IMG/VR virus record: IMGVR_UViG_3300010403_000705
Coordinates: 124,001-188,000 of that record
Reading direction: 5' to 3' (one strand)
Length of the DNA stretch: 64,000 nt
Under the pieces are notes generated by a model. It did not search any database, was not told where the DNA came from, and was given only the letters and a program-made list of their open reading frames with translations. The first letter of the stretch is position 1; each line of letters begins with the position of its first letter. A program made the translations under genes and the position numbers. Below are positions 33,252-44,200 of the stretch, piece after piece.

Positions 33252-36200
33252 ATGAGTAATTTTCCGATTGATTATGACGATGATACAACTTTACCACCTA
33301 TTAATGATAATATTCAGGATTTAGGGGGCGAAGCTATAAATTCACTTCGAGATGCTGTATTTAATATTGAACAGTATTTAGGTATTGGAGGGGCTGGCAC
33401 AACTGATTCTATATCTGCTAGAATTGGTATATCATTGAATCCTGACGGAGATATAAAACCATCTGCTATTGCAGGTTTAGGTTTAGTTACTTTACCAATA
33501 ACTAATGATCAAATTTCTAACACAGCTGAAATACCAGAATCTAAATTGAAATTAGATCATAGAACACAAGATTTATTTAATTATACACAAGATTTAATTA
33601 ATGATATTAATTTATCTTTAGGTTGGATTTCCTTAACTGGTATAAAATTAGAGCCACATTTAATTGGCGCACTCTATAGACATACTTTAAGACAAATTAA
33701 TGTAAGTGACAATCCAATTCAATATTTAAAAAATAAATTCAATGTCTTGAGAGATAATCATGACGGTTATACATTAATCAACAGTATAAATAATGAATTA
33801 CTAACACATCAATTTACTGATGGCTCTATAATTGATAATATACAACCTATAATTACATTTAGTGGATTAAGTTATCCATCTAATTATGGACATACGGCTA
33901 GTGGTATTTTTTTAAATACTTCTAGATTCACAGTTATTCCTCAAACTGCTGAAGACTTGCAGCAATTAGCAGAATTTATAGATAGTTCAAGTATTTTCAC
34001 TTTTGGTGGTAGAATTCAAAATTTATATACGAATGGAATTTCTAGAAGCTCCAGATCAGTAAATCTATTAACAGATGGATATGGTTCTAATATTATTCCA
34101 CCTACTCATGTTATTACTTATTTGCTGAATACGGGTGGTGCAAGCGCACCTTTTGATGATATTAATACTGGTGATGATATTATAGAATTCTTGCCACCTG
34201 CTGATCAAATGATATCTAATTCATTCGACGAGAAATTTGCTTTGGTAAAAATTGGAGATATAATTAGAGTTAATTATGGAACAGTAGAAGCTCAATATAT
34301 AATTAAAGAAAAAAAATATATTCAAAACTCTGGTAATAAAAAATATATAATCAGAATATCTGGTAAAAATTTATTTTACTCTACAAATGCTTCTGCTAGA
34401 ATAGACAAATCTCTTTTTAATAATAACAAGTATGGTGTGTTATCCGTTGCAGCAGCAAACAATACTTTTTCTGAAATACCAAGTTTAATTATTGGTCAAC
34501 CACGTGGGGCGCAATGTTTAGGAGCGGGTTTTAATCCAAATCAATTAGATAATTCTCATTATCTGCTTTATTTAGTTTTATATCCTACTGGTAATCCAAT
34601 TGAAGGATATACGATATTACCAGGTATTGATGTAACAGGTAATGAAGGAACTACGCCAGGACAATATACATTAAATAAAATAGTAGAATCAACAAATAAT
34701 GCATTTAGAAAAGCTGGATATAATTATAGATTCATTGCATTTTCATATAATGGTGAATTTGGAATTATGTTAGCAGATCCATACAACAATGTTGGTTTTT
34801 CTATTATAAGTGCGTTAATGGATAGTGTAGGATTTTACGATAAAACATTAACACTTGCTACTTTTCCTAATAATGTAATCGATGTTTTTACATCGATTAC
34901 AGGATCAGGTCCAGTTGATGCTTTAGGTTTTGGACCACAACATGCTAATGTAGCTAGTCCACCATTTTTGTCATCCTATCCATCTGCCGAAACTTCTCAA
35001 GTTCCTACTAAAATATTTTTACCTTTGAGAAGAAATAACTACTATGTTGATGGTATTGAAAAAGAAAGACTTATATTAGAATTTGAACAAATACCAGACA
35101 AATATGGAGATGGTTATTGGACAGCCATTGTTTCTAATAAACAAATTTTTCCAGGACCTTCTGGCAGAGTAGAGATTACATATAGCATTCCTATAGATTT
35201 ATCTCAGACTAATTTAAAAATTGGTAAAACTATAGTAGTACAACCATTAAATAATATTTCCCAAGCAGGATTAATTAATTATGGTCGCTTTATAATAAAA
35301 GGAATTAATATTATTGGATGCTCACCAAATGCTCATACGGAAATTACTGTGTATGATGCTATTCATGCCACAGCTATTTCCCCCTCTGTCTCTTTAAATA
35401 TTGGAAGTGCAGTAGCTTTATATTTTAATGCTGATTCTGTATCTTTTAATAAAGAATCAGCTACAGATGAAGATATATTAAATGTTTTTAAAAGACATTT
35501 TGAAGTTTATACTGATCCGTTAGGTAATACTTTTACCCATGAAAGGGGCAGAATTAATATTAGCAATTCTGATAAAATTGTAAATGGTGTTGTTTTACAT
35601 ACAGGCTCTGAAATAAGTAAACTTAGTATTATAAAAATATCTAACAAGTTAAGAGGATATCAATTTGGTAGTATAAATAAAATAACTTTAAACATTATAA
35701 GTTATGATATTAACACCGAATTATTTTCTGGCAGATTAGCTTACTATGATGGCATTAGTTATCAAAAAATGGGACCTATAATTAATGGTAAAAAAGGAGA
35801 AATTACTAGATTCTATGATGAAACTAATATAGATTATATTGATATAATTTTCGATTTTGAAGATACAGTATCAAGTTTTAATAATTCTAATATTGATTTT
35901 CAATTATTTCCAACTTTATCATTAAACGAAGAAATTATGTTGATTGCTAGTTGTCAATTTAATGATATTTCAAAATTGATTAATTATGTAAAAGATGAAA
36001 GACAATTTGGTAATACTAGTGAGAAAGATTTAAGTTCTTCTGCGCTTAATTTTGTTTCTTTGCCGGAAAAATTGTTACACAGTAATGGAGTAGTTAATGG
36101 TTTTGATATATCAGATGGCTATAATTTAGTTGGTAATCAAATTTATCTATCTGGAGGTACAGTATTAGTAAATGGTAAATTTATACAAAAAAATAATGAT

Positions 36201-38624
36201 ACTGTTTCCATGCCTGTAGTTAAAGAAATATTTGGAGCCACTTTATTTGACATTGAGTGGGCAGTTTGTATAAACGATAGAGGTGAGTATCAAACTATAC
36301 CATTATTGGATTTCGATCCTTCAATAAATAATCCAACAGATATTTTTAGAAGATTTGTAGTTCATAATCCATTAATTGGAAATAATTATTCATTGGATGC
36401 TGTTACATTTTCAGATTTAGTTGGTAAAAGAAAAGACTTAACTGTTTTATATATTGTTTTAACAGTAGTTGATCATACAGTAGATCCTGCTACCATTACA
36501 TTATTCATTAGAGATGCAAGAAAATATTTAGTTGATGGAGAGTCTAATGATCCTTTAATTTTAACTTCAGATAATTCACAAGGTAATTTTAAATCTTTTG
36601 AGTCATTATCAACCTGGTTGAACAAAAATACTTCTTATAATACACACGTTCTAATCAGAGGTGAAATAGATTTATTTTCTATACAGTCATTACATTTTGC
36701 TAATAAGAAAAAGCAGATAACTTTTGAAGGAGACGGCGGGACGATTAATATCCATTCTAGTATCGGATTTTTTATAAACTCTTATGTTAAATTTAAAAAT
36801 ATTAATTTTGTATATAAACATACACCTACACCAGCCCTTACTTCAAGTGATTTTGTAAATACTGGACAAGGTTTAATATATATTGTGCCAGATGTAGACT
36901 TAATTATAAAAGATATCACAATTGAAGATTGTATATTTTCTGTAGAAAATATAAGCGGAGAAAAATATCCATATATTAATGTCGACATTAAAGATGCATC
37001 GGCTAAAATTAATAATGTTATTATTAAAAATAACCAATTTAAAGTACAAAAAAATAATGATTTCAGTTCTGCAATTGCTATTGTGAATACAGATACAGAT
37101 GTAAGTGGTAATATAAATAAAGCATGTGTAATACAAAATTTGTTGATAGATAATAATATATTGGATAGTGAACAGAGTATTATATTAACTACAGCCAAAA
37201 ATACTAATACTGGCTTTTTTGAATTACCTGGTATTGCATGTATTAATTGCAAAATTTCCAATAATTTATGCGGGGCTATTGGCGTACTAACTACATTAGT
37301 TTTAGGAGCTGATGGTTATTCTGAATTTAATAATGAATTATGTATTGATCATAATTCTTGTAAATATATAGCAAACCTTGATGAAAAAGGAAAATTTATT
37401 GAAGTTTATAATATAAATACAAATACTGTAAATATACAAGGAATTATTGGACCTACTACAATTGCTAATAATAATTGTTCTTTTATACATCATGGTTTTA
37501 TAAATGCTAATAACAGTAATTTAAGAATTACAAAAAATAATTTGTGTTCTAATATAACAGAATTGACAGCACATGGTTTGGATTATTTAAGTAATTTTAA
37601 CTATCCTTTTAATAATAAAAGATATGCTATATATGTAAGCTCTCCGTTTAATTTTAATAAAAATATGAATGTTTTTATAACTGAAAATATAACTTATGGT
37701 ATAGAGACATTAATCAATTTAGCAACAAATAATGCAAATACTGTATATGAATCTTATATACGATCAAATACTTCAAGTATTATTAGTAATAATACCTTAA
37801 GTGGAATAGCGCCTGCTATTAATATTTCTGATTTTGAATATTCTGGAATAATTTTTGATGGATACAATGGTATTATCACTCATAATTCTATAAATACAAA
37901 TAGCATTGCCATTTACTCATATTTAACAACTAGATTTAATTTATCTGTCATAAAAACTTTTGTACAAGCAACTGATAATTTTTTTGATACTCCTTCTGCT
38001 GATAATATTACAACACAAGTAGGAAAGGATAGTTCTGGTAATCCATTATCACAATATTGGTTATTTGAAAGAAATATTAATCAAACAGAAAGTGCATCTA
38101 TAAGAGCACAAACTGGTTTACATTCCTATGGAGGTACTCTATTCCCAGTTGGTGGCAGATACACTATAATTGGTAATACTCAACCTGGCTTAGAAGTAAC
38201 GGTAACAAATAATAATTCAATTGCCGATGACAATATTCGAATTCTTTATACAGCGGCTAATTCTAATTTAGTATATTATCAATGGTGTGTTAAATTAAGA
38301 GATGTTTTACCAGATAATGTATTGGTATTAAGTGTAAATACTAGTACTAGATGTTCTGTACAAGCATCAAATATCAGTTCAGCCTGCAGATTTGTATTTT
38401 TCAAAAAAGACGTCTTAGTACATGAACAGACTGTAAATTTCTCTTCGCCATACATACCTAATACCTCATCTACTGTACCTCTTTTAAATTTTGCATTAAC
38501 TCTTGATCGCAATTTAGAAAATACTGTCATTAATGATTTAACATATCTTGTTGAGGCTGCTATTGGTCACACTGATCCAGCAGCGTTAGTAATAGAAAAT
38601 ATAGATATAACCTATCGTTGGTAA
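33252..38624 (+). CDS. very large virion structural/fibre protein with C-terminal beta-helix-like region
   Basis: 1790 aa; GAGGA SD; Asn-ladder repeats (IKNNQF, IDNNIL, ISNNLC, IDHNSC, IANNNC, ITKNNL) in the C-terminal third. Confidence 0.6.
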   Translation: MSNFPIDYDDDTTLPPINDNIQDLGGEAINSLRDAVFNIEQYLGIGGAGTTDSISARIGISLNPDGDIKPSAIAGLGLVTLPITNDQISNTAEIPESKLKLDHRTQDLFNYTQDLINDINLSLGWISLTGIKLEPHLIGALYRHTLRQINVSDNPIQYLKNKFNVLRDNHDGYTLINSINNELLTHQFTDGSIIDNIQPIITFSGLSYPSNYGHTASGIFLNTSRFTVIPQTAEDLQQLAEFIDSSSIFTFGGRIQNLYTNGISRSSRSVNLLTDGYGSNIIPPTHVITYLLNTGGASAPFDDINTGDDIIEFLPPADQMISNSFDEKFALVKIGDIIRVNYGTVEAQYIIKEKKYIQNSGNKKYIIRISGKNLFYSTNASARIDKSLFNNNKYGVLSVAAANNTFSEIPSLIIGQPRGAQCLGAGFNPNQLDNSHYLLYLVLYPTGNPIEGYTILPGIDVTGNEGTTPGQYTLNKIVESTNNAFRKAGYNYRFIAFSYNGEFGIMLADPYNNVGFSIISALMDSVGFYDKTLTLATFPNNVIDVFTSITGSGPVDALGFGPQHANVASPPFLSSYPSAETSQVPTKIFLPLRRNNYYVDGIEKERLILEFEQIPDKYGDGYWTAIVSNKQIFPGPSGRVEITYSIPIDLSQTNLKIGKTIVVQPLNNISQAGLINYGRFIIKGINIIGCSPNAHTEITVYDAIHATAISPSVSLNIGSAVALYFNADSVSFNKESATDEDILNVFKRHFEVYTDPLGNTFTHERGRINISNSDKIVNGVVLHTGSEISKLSIIKISNKLRGYQFGSINKITLNIISYDINTELFSGRLAYYDGISYQKMGPIINGKKGEITRFYDETNIDYIDIIFDFEDTVSSFNNSNIDFQLFPTLSLNEEIMLIASCQFNDISKLINYVKDERQFGNTSEKDLSSSALNFVSLPEKLLHSNGVVNGFDISDGYNLVGNQIYLSGGTVLVNGKFIQKNNDTVSMPVVKEIFGATLFDIEWAVCINDRGEYQTIPLLDFDPSINNPTDIFRRFVVHNPLIGNNYSLDAVTFSDLVGKRKDLTVLYIVLTVVDHTVDPATITLFIRDARKYLVDGESNDPLILTSDNSQGNFKSFESLSTWLNKNTSYNTHVLIRGEIDLFSIQSLHFANKKKQITFEGDGGTINIHSSIGFFINSYVKFKNINFVYKHTPTPALTSSDFVNTGQGLIYIVPDVDLIIKDITIEDCIFSVENISGEKYPYINVDIKDASAKINNVIIKNNQFKVQKNNDFSSAIAIVNTDTDVSGNINKACVIQNLLIDNNILDSEQSIILTTAKNTNTGFFELPGIACINCKISNNLCGAIGVLTTLVLGADGYSEFNNELCIDHNSCKYIANLDEKGKFIEVYNINTNTVNIQGIIGPTTIANNNCSFIHHGFINANNSNLRITKNNLCSNITELTAHGLDYLSNFNYPFNNKRYAIYVSSPFNFNKNMNVFITENITYGIETLINLATNNANTVYESYIRSNTSSIISNNTLSGIAPAINISDFEYSGIIFDGYNGIITHNSINTNSIAIYSYLTTRFNLSVIKTFVQATDNFFDTPSADNITTQVGKDSSGNPLSQYWLFERNINQTESASIRAQTGLHSYGGTLFPVGGRYTIIGNTQPGLEVTVTNNNSIADDNIRILYTAANSNLVYYQWCVKLRDVLPDNVLVLSVNTSTRCSVQASNISSACRFVFFKKDVLVHEQTVNFSSPYIPNTSSTVPLLNFALTLDRNLENTVINDLTYLVEAAIGHTDPAALVIENIDITYRW

Positions 38625-38626
38625 AT

Positions 38627-39454
38627 ATGAGTTCCAATAATTTTTTTAAATCTGATTTATTTCCAATACATAATGTTATACAAGCATCTATGCTTGTATA
38701 TCCAAAAGAAATTATTATTTCTACTTTAAGAGATTTTTTTTCTAAAGATAGTTATTATCATTATTCTAAAGATCAATGGGGATACGCTAATACTACAGAT
38801 CATACAGATTTACCACCAGGAGCAGATTTACCTTCAGGTCCAGGAGCTCAACCTTTATTAAGTAATACATTAAATTTAAGTACACGTGTATTTATTGGTG
38901 AAAACTATAGGTATGATGGTATTTATTATCCAGCTATTTTAGTAAAAAGTGGAGGCAGTAGATATGTTCCTATTTCGATAAATAGGGACCAGGGTGGTAT
39001 TCAATATGAAAGTATTATTTTTGAAGATGGCTATGGGAATCAGAGTGTTGTCAACAGACCTAAAACGCTTATCACTGCTGGAGCCTGGGAAGGGTCTATA
39101 ATTATTGACGTGTTAACTAGAAGCTTACGATCGCGAGATGACTTGGTAGAATTAATAGCAATGTGTTTTACAGAAATTAATTTCGATACTCTAGTAGATA
39201 TTGGAGTAGTTATTAAACCAATTAATATTGGAGCATCTTCCGAAACTGATGATAGAAATGATAAGTTATTTAGGCAAAGTTTAACATTAGATATAAGAAC
39301 GGAATGGAGAAGAGAAATTCCAATTGAAAATATTATTGATACTATTCTTTTCACTGTTGAATTTGTAAATTTATCTAAACCAGATAATCCAGTAGCTGCC
39401 AATTTGACTATAAATACAGAAACTAGTATAACAGATATGTTATTAAATATATAA
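38627..39454 (+). CDS. tail terminator / tail completion protein
   Basis: Directly upstream of sheath; YPAILV...IIIDVLTRS...RDDLVELI...LTLDIRTEW pattern of terminator-fold proteins; ATG 38627 preferred over TTG 38618. Confidence 0.6.
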   Translation: MSSNNFFKSDLFPIHNVIQASMLVYPKEIIISTLRDFFSKDSYYHYSKDQWGYANTTDHTDLPPGADLPSGPGAQPLLSNTLNLSTRVFIGENYRYDGIYYPAILVKSGGSRYVPISINRDQGGIQYESIIFEDGYGNQSVVNRPKTLITAGAWEGSIIIDVLTRSLRSRDDLVELIAMCFTEINFDTLVDIGVVIKPINIGASSETDDRNDKLFRQSLTLDIRTEWRREIPIENIIDTILFTVEFVNLSKPDNPVAANLTINTETSITDMLLNI

Positions 39455-39476
39455 TTTAATTGTAAATTAACAAAAT

Positions 39477-39510
39477 TATTAATATATCTTACCGAATAGG
39501 AATATTAATA
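39477..39510. promoter_or_regulatory. AT-rich 14-bp hairpin upstream of the sheath gene
   Basis: tattaatat-a-tctta-ccgaa-tagga-atattaata (one bulge, one G-U). Confidence 0.4.
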
Positions 39511-39602
39511 CATTTTAATGATAATCGTAAAAGTATATTGTATGAGGATTCAATTATCTTGAGCAACTCTACAAAAACAAAAATTCTTAGAGGAGAAAAA
39601 TA

Positions 39603-42377
39603 ATGGCAAATCAACCTGGAGGAGCTGGTCTATTACCAGGAGTTACATCGGTTACTGACGTAATTAGTCGTGGAGTAGCAATTCCTGGAGGTTCCCGTAT
39701 TGCAGCTATGATTGGTGAAGGTTCAACAGATGAAGTAATCATTTCACAAGCTAATGGCAAAGGCGCAGATGGTTTAAATGTATCTTATTCATCTACTTCA
39801 GGAGCTGATGGCAGGCATTTTCAATTGTCTAATTTTCCATTAATATCTAATAGAACTACATTATTTAAAAATGGTGTTCCACTTGTAGGTCTAGAATCAT
39901 TAATTGATTCTAATCCATTTAATAATAAATATGATTATAGAATTGATATTTCTACTGGAAGAATAGAATTACAGACAGCTCACTTGGTTGATCAGGGCGG
40001 GGCTTTTTATGTCCCATTATCTACTAATATAGGCTTAGGAACTTTGAATACATTAATCTTACAGGATGCAAATGCTCCTCCAGAAACTTGGACTATTAGA
40101 TGTGTATCTGTACAAAGAAATGTTTTGAATCAACCTATCGCTGGGACCGCGAAATTTCTAGCCTTTGGTTCCGTATCTGGTGCCAAACTTGATGCAAATG
40201 GAAACCCAATTGTATGGGCTGCTAACAATCAAGTTATAACAAATGGTATAATAAGTTTTTCTATTCAAGAAACACAAGTAATGTCCGTAGTGGTGTCTTC
40301 TTTTAGAGAAGGAGATGCTTTTACAATAAAAGTAGCTAGTGGAGTTTTAGTAAGAAGTGATTCTTTAACAGCAAATTATATACCATCATTATTTTTGAAT
40401 GATCCTATTTTAACACAAGGTTTAGGTGATGTAGTAAACAGACATGGATTTCCAAGTCTAACTAACAATTTATCACTTGGCGCACAGTTAGCTTATGCTA
40501 ACAATGCTCCTAATTTAATTACTGTTCAAGCTGCTCCCGCCATGCCAAGAAGATTATCTTTTATATTGGAAAATGGCGTTAATTCACTATCTACAAATGA
40601 CGATGATTTTATTTTTCCGTTGCCTTTAGGAATAACTCCAGATTTCAATTCTAATATTCATTTTTTTATTAAGAATAATGCGACTAATGTAGAGACACAG
40701 GTTCTTCCAAATAAATTAGATTATTATTTATTAGATACAGCGGGACACCCAACGACGCATCAATTTATTATTGATAACACGCCCGCACCTGCTGGTTTTT
40801 CATATTTTTACACAGTTAAACAAAGCTTAGCAACTATATCTACTGGAGAAGATGGATACATTGGAAGAGACTTAGCATTTACCACTAAAGGTGTTTTCGG
40901 AGCTCCATCAGTAACATTTGATTCAACATACATTGGAAAAAAATTAAAAATCATTGACTCTTCTAATAAAGCTAATGGCGGAATATATACTGTCAATGCT
41001 GTAAGTGCAGGTCAATTATATGTAACACATGATACATTTACCGATTTTACTAATGAGTCTCCCGTTACTTTTGAAATTATTGATGTATCAACAAACTTGC
41101 CATTAGCTGGAGGATCTGCTACTGATGGCAATCTTATATCTTTGATTGCTACGGCAACTGCCACTCTAAATAGTAGCACTACTACAGGTGTAGATTTTGG
41201 AGCTATTAATAATTTGCTAACTCGTCGATTGCAAATCAATGGTTCTATTATTAACGATGGCTTATACGATATTATTGGCTATGACAATTTGACTAACACT
41301 ATTACTATTCAAAAGACCATAGTAAATGAAAGTAATATGAGATATGAAGTATTAGATGCTGATGATGTAAGTAATTATATTGTAATTAACAGAAATGTTG
41401 TTCCAACTGGATTCGCTTTAAGAGTGACAATAATTGATAATAAAGAAGCTTCGTTTTATGATGCTGGATGGATCAATGCGCTAACATCTCTAGAAACTGT
41501 AGAGTGTGATATTCTTGTTCCTTTGCCAAAACAAACTACTTCCATAATTTTTCAAAATGCACTATCTCACTGTAAAGCAATGAGTAATATTCGTAATAAA
41601 AAAGAAAGAATATTATTTATTGGTGCAATAAATGGTTTGAAACCTGAAAATTTAACGGGAATTAAACCTGCTGCCGTAGAAGATATTGGTATACTAGAAG
41701 GAATTCAGGGAGAAACTATTACTGATATTTTAGCTGGAAACATAGAAGATTTATCAAATTATTCTGTACCAGATGCTTTTGGCAATACATTCAGATGTGT
41801 ATATTTCTATCCAGATCAAATTGTAGTACAAGCAGGTTCTGATAATGTTTTAATAGATGGATTCTATATTGCTGCAGCTGCGGCAGGATATGAATCAGCT
41901 GATGTAAGAATTGAAAATCCACTGACTAACAAAGTCTTAACTGGTTTCACAATTCTTAGAAATAAACAATTCTCTACTTCAATTTTAGAACAACTAGCAG
42001 CAGCTGGAATTACAACATTACAACCAGTAGCTGGTGGTGGCAGAGTTATTTGGGGCTTAACTACTTCACAAAGTGGCTTTATAGAAGAACAAGAAATTTC
42101 TATAGTATTCATAAGAGATAGAGTTGCTAAAACATTAAGAGCAGGATTTATAGGATTTATTGGTCAACCACAAACCAAAGACACGGGCGCAATTCTAAAT
42201 ACACGCGCAGTAATATTATTGAACTCTTTGGTATCTCAAGGTCTTATTACAACTTATAAAGATTTAAGTGTGATACAAGATGATGTAGATCCAACACAAT
42301 GGAATATTTCAGTAAGAGTTCAACCAACATATCCAGTAAACTTTATTTTTATTAAAGTAAATCTTGGTCAACTATAA
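39603..42377 (+). CDS. contractile tail sheath protein with large insertion domains
   Basis: 924 aa; N-terminal PGV...AMIGEG and C-terminal GGRVIWGLTT...EISIVFIRD...ISVRVQPTYPVNFIFI sheath signature; followed by tube gene. Confidence 0.92.
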   Translation: MANQPGGAGLLPGVTSVTDVISRGVAIPGGSRIAAMIGEGSTDEVIISQANGKGADGLNVSYSSTSGADGRHFQLSNFPLISNRTTLFKNGVPLVGLESLIDSNPFNNKYDYRIDISTGRIELQTAHLVDQGGAFYVPLSTNIGLGTLNTLILQDANAPPETWTIRCVSVQRNVLNQPIAGTAKFLAFGSVSGAKLDANGNPIVWAANNQVITNGIISFSIQETQVMSVVVSSFREGDAFTIKVASGVLVRSDSLTANYIPSLFLNDPILTQGLGDVVNRHGFPSLTNNLSLGAQLAYANNAPNLITVQAAPAMPRRLSFILENGVNSLSTNDDDFIFPLPLGITPDFNSNIHFFIKNNATNVETQVLPNKLDYYLLDTAGHPTTHQFIIDNTPAPAGFSYFYTVKQSLATISTGEDGYIGRDLAFTTKGVFGAPSVTFDSTYIGKKLKIIDSSNKANGGIYTVNAVSAGQLYVTHDTFTDFTNESPVTFEIIDVSTNLPLAGGSATDGNLISLIATATATLNSSTTTGVDFGAINNLLTRRLQINGSIINDGLYDIIGYDNLTNTITIQKTIVNESNMRYEVLDADDVSNYIVINRNVVPTGFALRVTIIDNKEASFYDAGWINALTSLETVECDILVPLPKQTTSIIFQNALSHCKAMSNIRNKKERILFIGAINGLKPENLTGIKPAAVEDIGILEGIQGETITDILAGNIEDLSNYSVPDAFGNTFRCVYFYPDQIVVQAGSDNVLIDGFYIAAAAAGYESADVRIENPLTNKVLTGFTILRNKQFSTSILEQLAAAGITTLQPVAGGGRVIWGLTTSQSGFIEEQEISIVFIRDRVAKTLRAGFIGFIGQPQTKDTGAILNTRAVILLNSLVSQGLITTYKDLSVIQDDVDPTQWNISVRVQPTYPVNFIFIKVNLGQL

Positions 42378-42391
42378 TTAGGGAGATATAA

Positions 42392-43090
42392 ATGGCTACC
42401 GCACCAAATACTCAGTCTACGTTAACATTACCAAATGGTGTAAATAAGACAAGTACAGCATTATCGACTAATATAATCATTTTAGTTAACAACACTGCCG
42501 TAGGTGCTGTTCAATCAATGGCTATATCAGAAAAAAGACAAATTAAAATGATAGATGAAGTAGGAACTGATGGTCATGTAGACTCTGTTCCAGTTTCTTC
42601 AACTAATATTACTGGAACTTGTCAGAGAATTAGATTTGACAGGTTAAGAATAACTGAAGCTTTTAGTAGAGGTTTCTTGCATGCTGCTGCTCAAGTTTAT
42701 CCTTTTGATATTGTTATTTTAGATAAACAAAAAAGAGATCAAGGAAGTCAAATATCTACGGTAATAAAAAATGTATGGATATCTGGATTAGATTATACGT
42801 TTCAAGCCAATGATTGGATAATTACAGACTCTATGCAATGGGAAGCAGAAACTATATTTAGCGTTCTGAATGGCGGTTCGTCACCAATTGCTGGTGGAGT
42901 TCCTGCCGCTGTAGGTGGTGAAAGAGGTATTCCACATATGGGTGCTGGTCCTAATGGTATTGTTAATATTACAAGTGGAGATGGTATTGTTAACATTGAA
43001 CAATTGGTTGATACTGGCTCTGCTGGTCGAAGAGGTTCTCTAGATGCTGCTGGATTGATTGATATTGGATCGGCAGGAGACTTATTCTAA
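42392..43090 (+). CDS. tail tube protein
   Basis: 232 aa directly after sheath; VGAVQS...EVG...FDIVI...IKNVWISG..YT strands typical of tube proteins; Gly-rich C-terminal extension. Confidence 0.85.
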   Translation: MATAPNTQSTLTLPNGVNKTSTALSTNIIILVNNTAVGAVQSMAISEKRQIKMIDEVGTDGHVDSVPVSSTNITGTCQRIRFDRLRITEAFSRGFLHAAAQVYPFDIVILDKQKRDQGSQISTVIKNVWISGLDYTFQANDWIITDSMQWEAETIFSVLNGGSSPIAGGVPAAVGGERGIPHMGAGPNGIVNITSGDGIVNIEQLVDTGSAGRRGSLDAAGLIDIGSAGDLF

Positions 43091-43117
43091 GAATAATAGC
43101 TAAAGTAAACTACAATT

Positions 43118-43161
43118 AAAAATATCCTACAATTGATATATTCCAATTGTAGGATATTTTT
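43118..43161. terminator. 18-bp perfect inverted repeat, probable terminator after tube gene
   Basis: aaaaatatcctacaattg-atatattc-caattgtaggatattttt. Confidence 0.75.
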
Positions 43162-43177
43162 ATATAAGGAGTTATAA

Positions 43178-43843
43178 ATGCCTAGTTTTGAGAGCCCTTT
43201 AGGAAATAAAAAATTTGGAACTACTTCACCTTTGAGAGAGTTGGATATTCCAGATGAAACTGAGTTTAACCAAGACAATATAGTAAACCCAATAATGAGA
43301 AGAAAAGCTGCTATGCCAATCTTAGACGATCAGGCTATGCAAAATTTTCAGAATAGATTGCAAGAGAAAGATCCAGCAGAAATAGAAAGAGAATTTAGAG
43401 AGGCAAGAAGAGTCAAAGTCTCTGGTAAAGAAAGATTAAATGAAGGAGCAAAAAGAAGATTAGAAATGCTTCTTAACATGACTCGCACAACACATGAAGT
43501 AAATATTGGTGAAAATATTTTTGTGCTACAAACCATACCTTCAAAATCTATGAGAGAAGCAATTATGGTAGCTTCTGAATATGATGGAACCGTGCAAGCT
43601 CCTTTTGAAGCAAGAAGGCAGTTTCTAGCACGTTCTATAGTACAAATTGCTGGGGTAGAATTTGGTCAGTTCGTCGGCTCAGATTCCTTACAATCTAAAT
43701 TATCTTTCATTGATGAATTAGATGAACCTTTACTAAATACACTATATGGTGAGTATTTAAAAATGTCTGAAATAGCTAAAAATAAATACTCGGTTAAAAA
43801 TAACATAGAGGCAAAGGAGATTGTTGAAGATTTAAAAAAATAA
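43178..43843 (+). CDS. tail assembly chaperone (gpG-like)
   Basis: 221 aa between tube and tape measure; AGGAG SD; ends in slippery GAT TTA AAA AAA TAA. Confidence 0.8.
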   Translation: MPSFESPLGNKKFGTTSPLRELDIPDETEFNQDNIVNPIMRRKAAMPILDDQAMQNFQNRLQEKDPAEIEREFREARRVKVSGKERLNEGAKRRLEMLLNMTRTTHEVNIGENIFVLQTIPSKSMREAIMVASEYDGTVQAPFEARRQFLARSIVQIAGVEFGQFVGSDSLQSKLSFIDELDEPLLNTLYGEYLKMSEIAKNKYSVKNNIEAKEIVEDLKK

Positions 43844-44190
43844 TATATGAATCGGATCATCGATTCATATGGTTTTTATGTAAAGAAATTTACAAAACTA
43901 CTCCTGATGATTTAAGGATAATGAATATGGATCCGGTTCAAAAAATGTGGATGTACGAACATTGGCTTGCTGACCAAAATGAGCAGGCTGAATTATTTAA
44001 AAATCATGCTTATTTATTAGGTTCATTTTGGAATCCAGAAGCAGTGAAACAATTAGTAGGTGAGGGAAATGTACACACTTCAACAGATGAAGAATTCGAA
44101 GAATCCACAAAGATGGTCAAGCAAATAAATGAACAATTAGCTCAAAGTAATCCTCTTAAGTTAAAAAGAAGAAAACGCCGTTCATCATAA
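43178..44190 (+). CDS. frameshifted tail chaperone (gpGT-like, about 337 aa) via -1 shift
   Basis: -1 frame is open from the slippery site (IIYESDHRFIWFLCKEIYKTTPDD...) into track ORF 43921..44190. Confidence 0.8.
43831..43870 (+). promoter_or_regulatory. -1 programmed ribosomal frameshift signal
   Basis: In-phase T_TTA_AAA (43831-37) / A_AAA_AAA (43834-40), then perfect 10-bp hairpin atatgaatcg-gatcat-cgattcatat (43845-43870). Confidence 0.85.
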
Positions 44191-44200
44191 GGAATAATTA

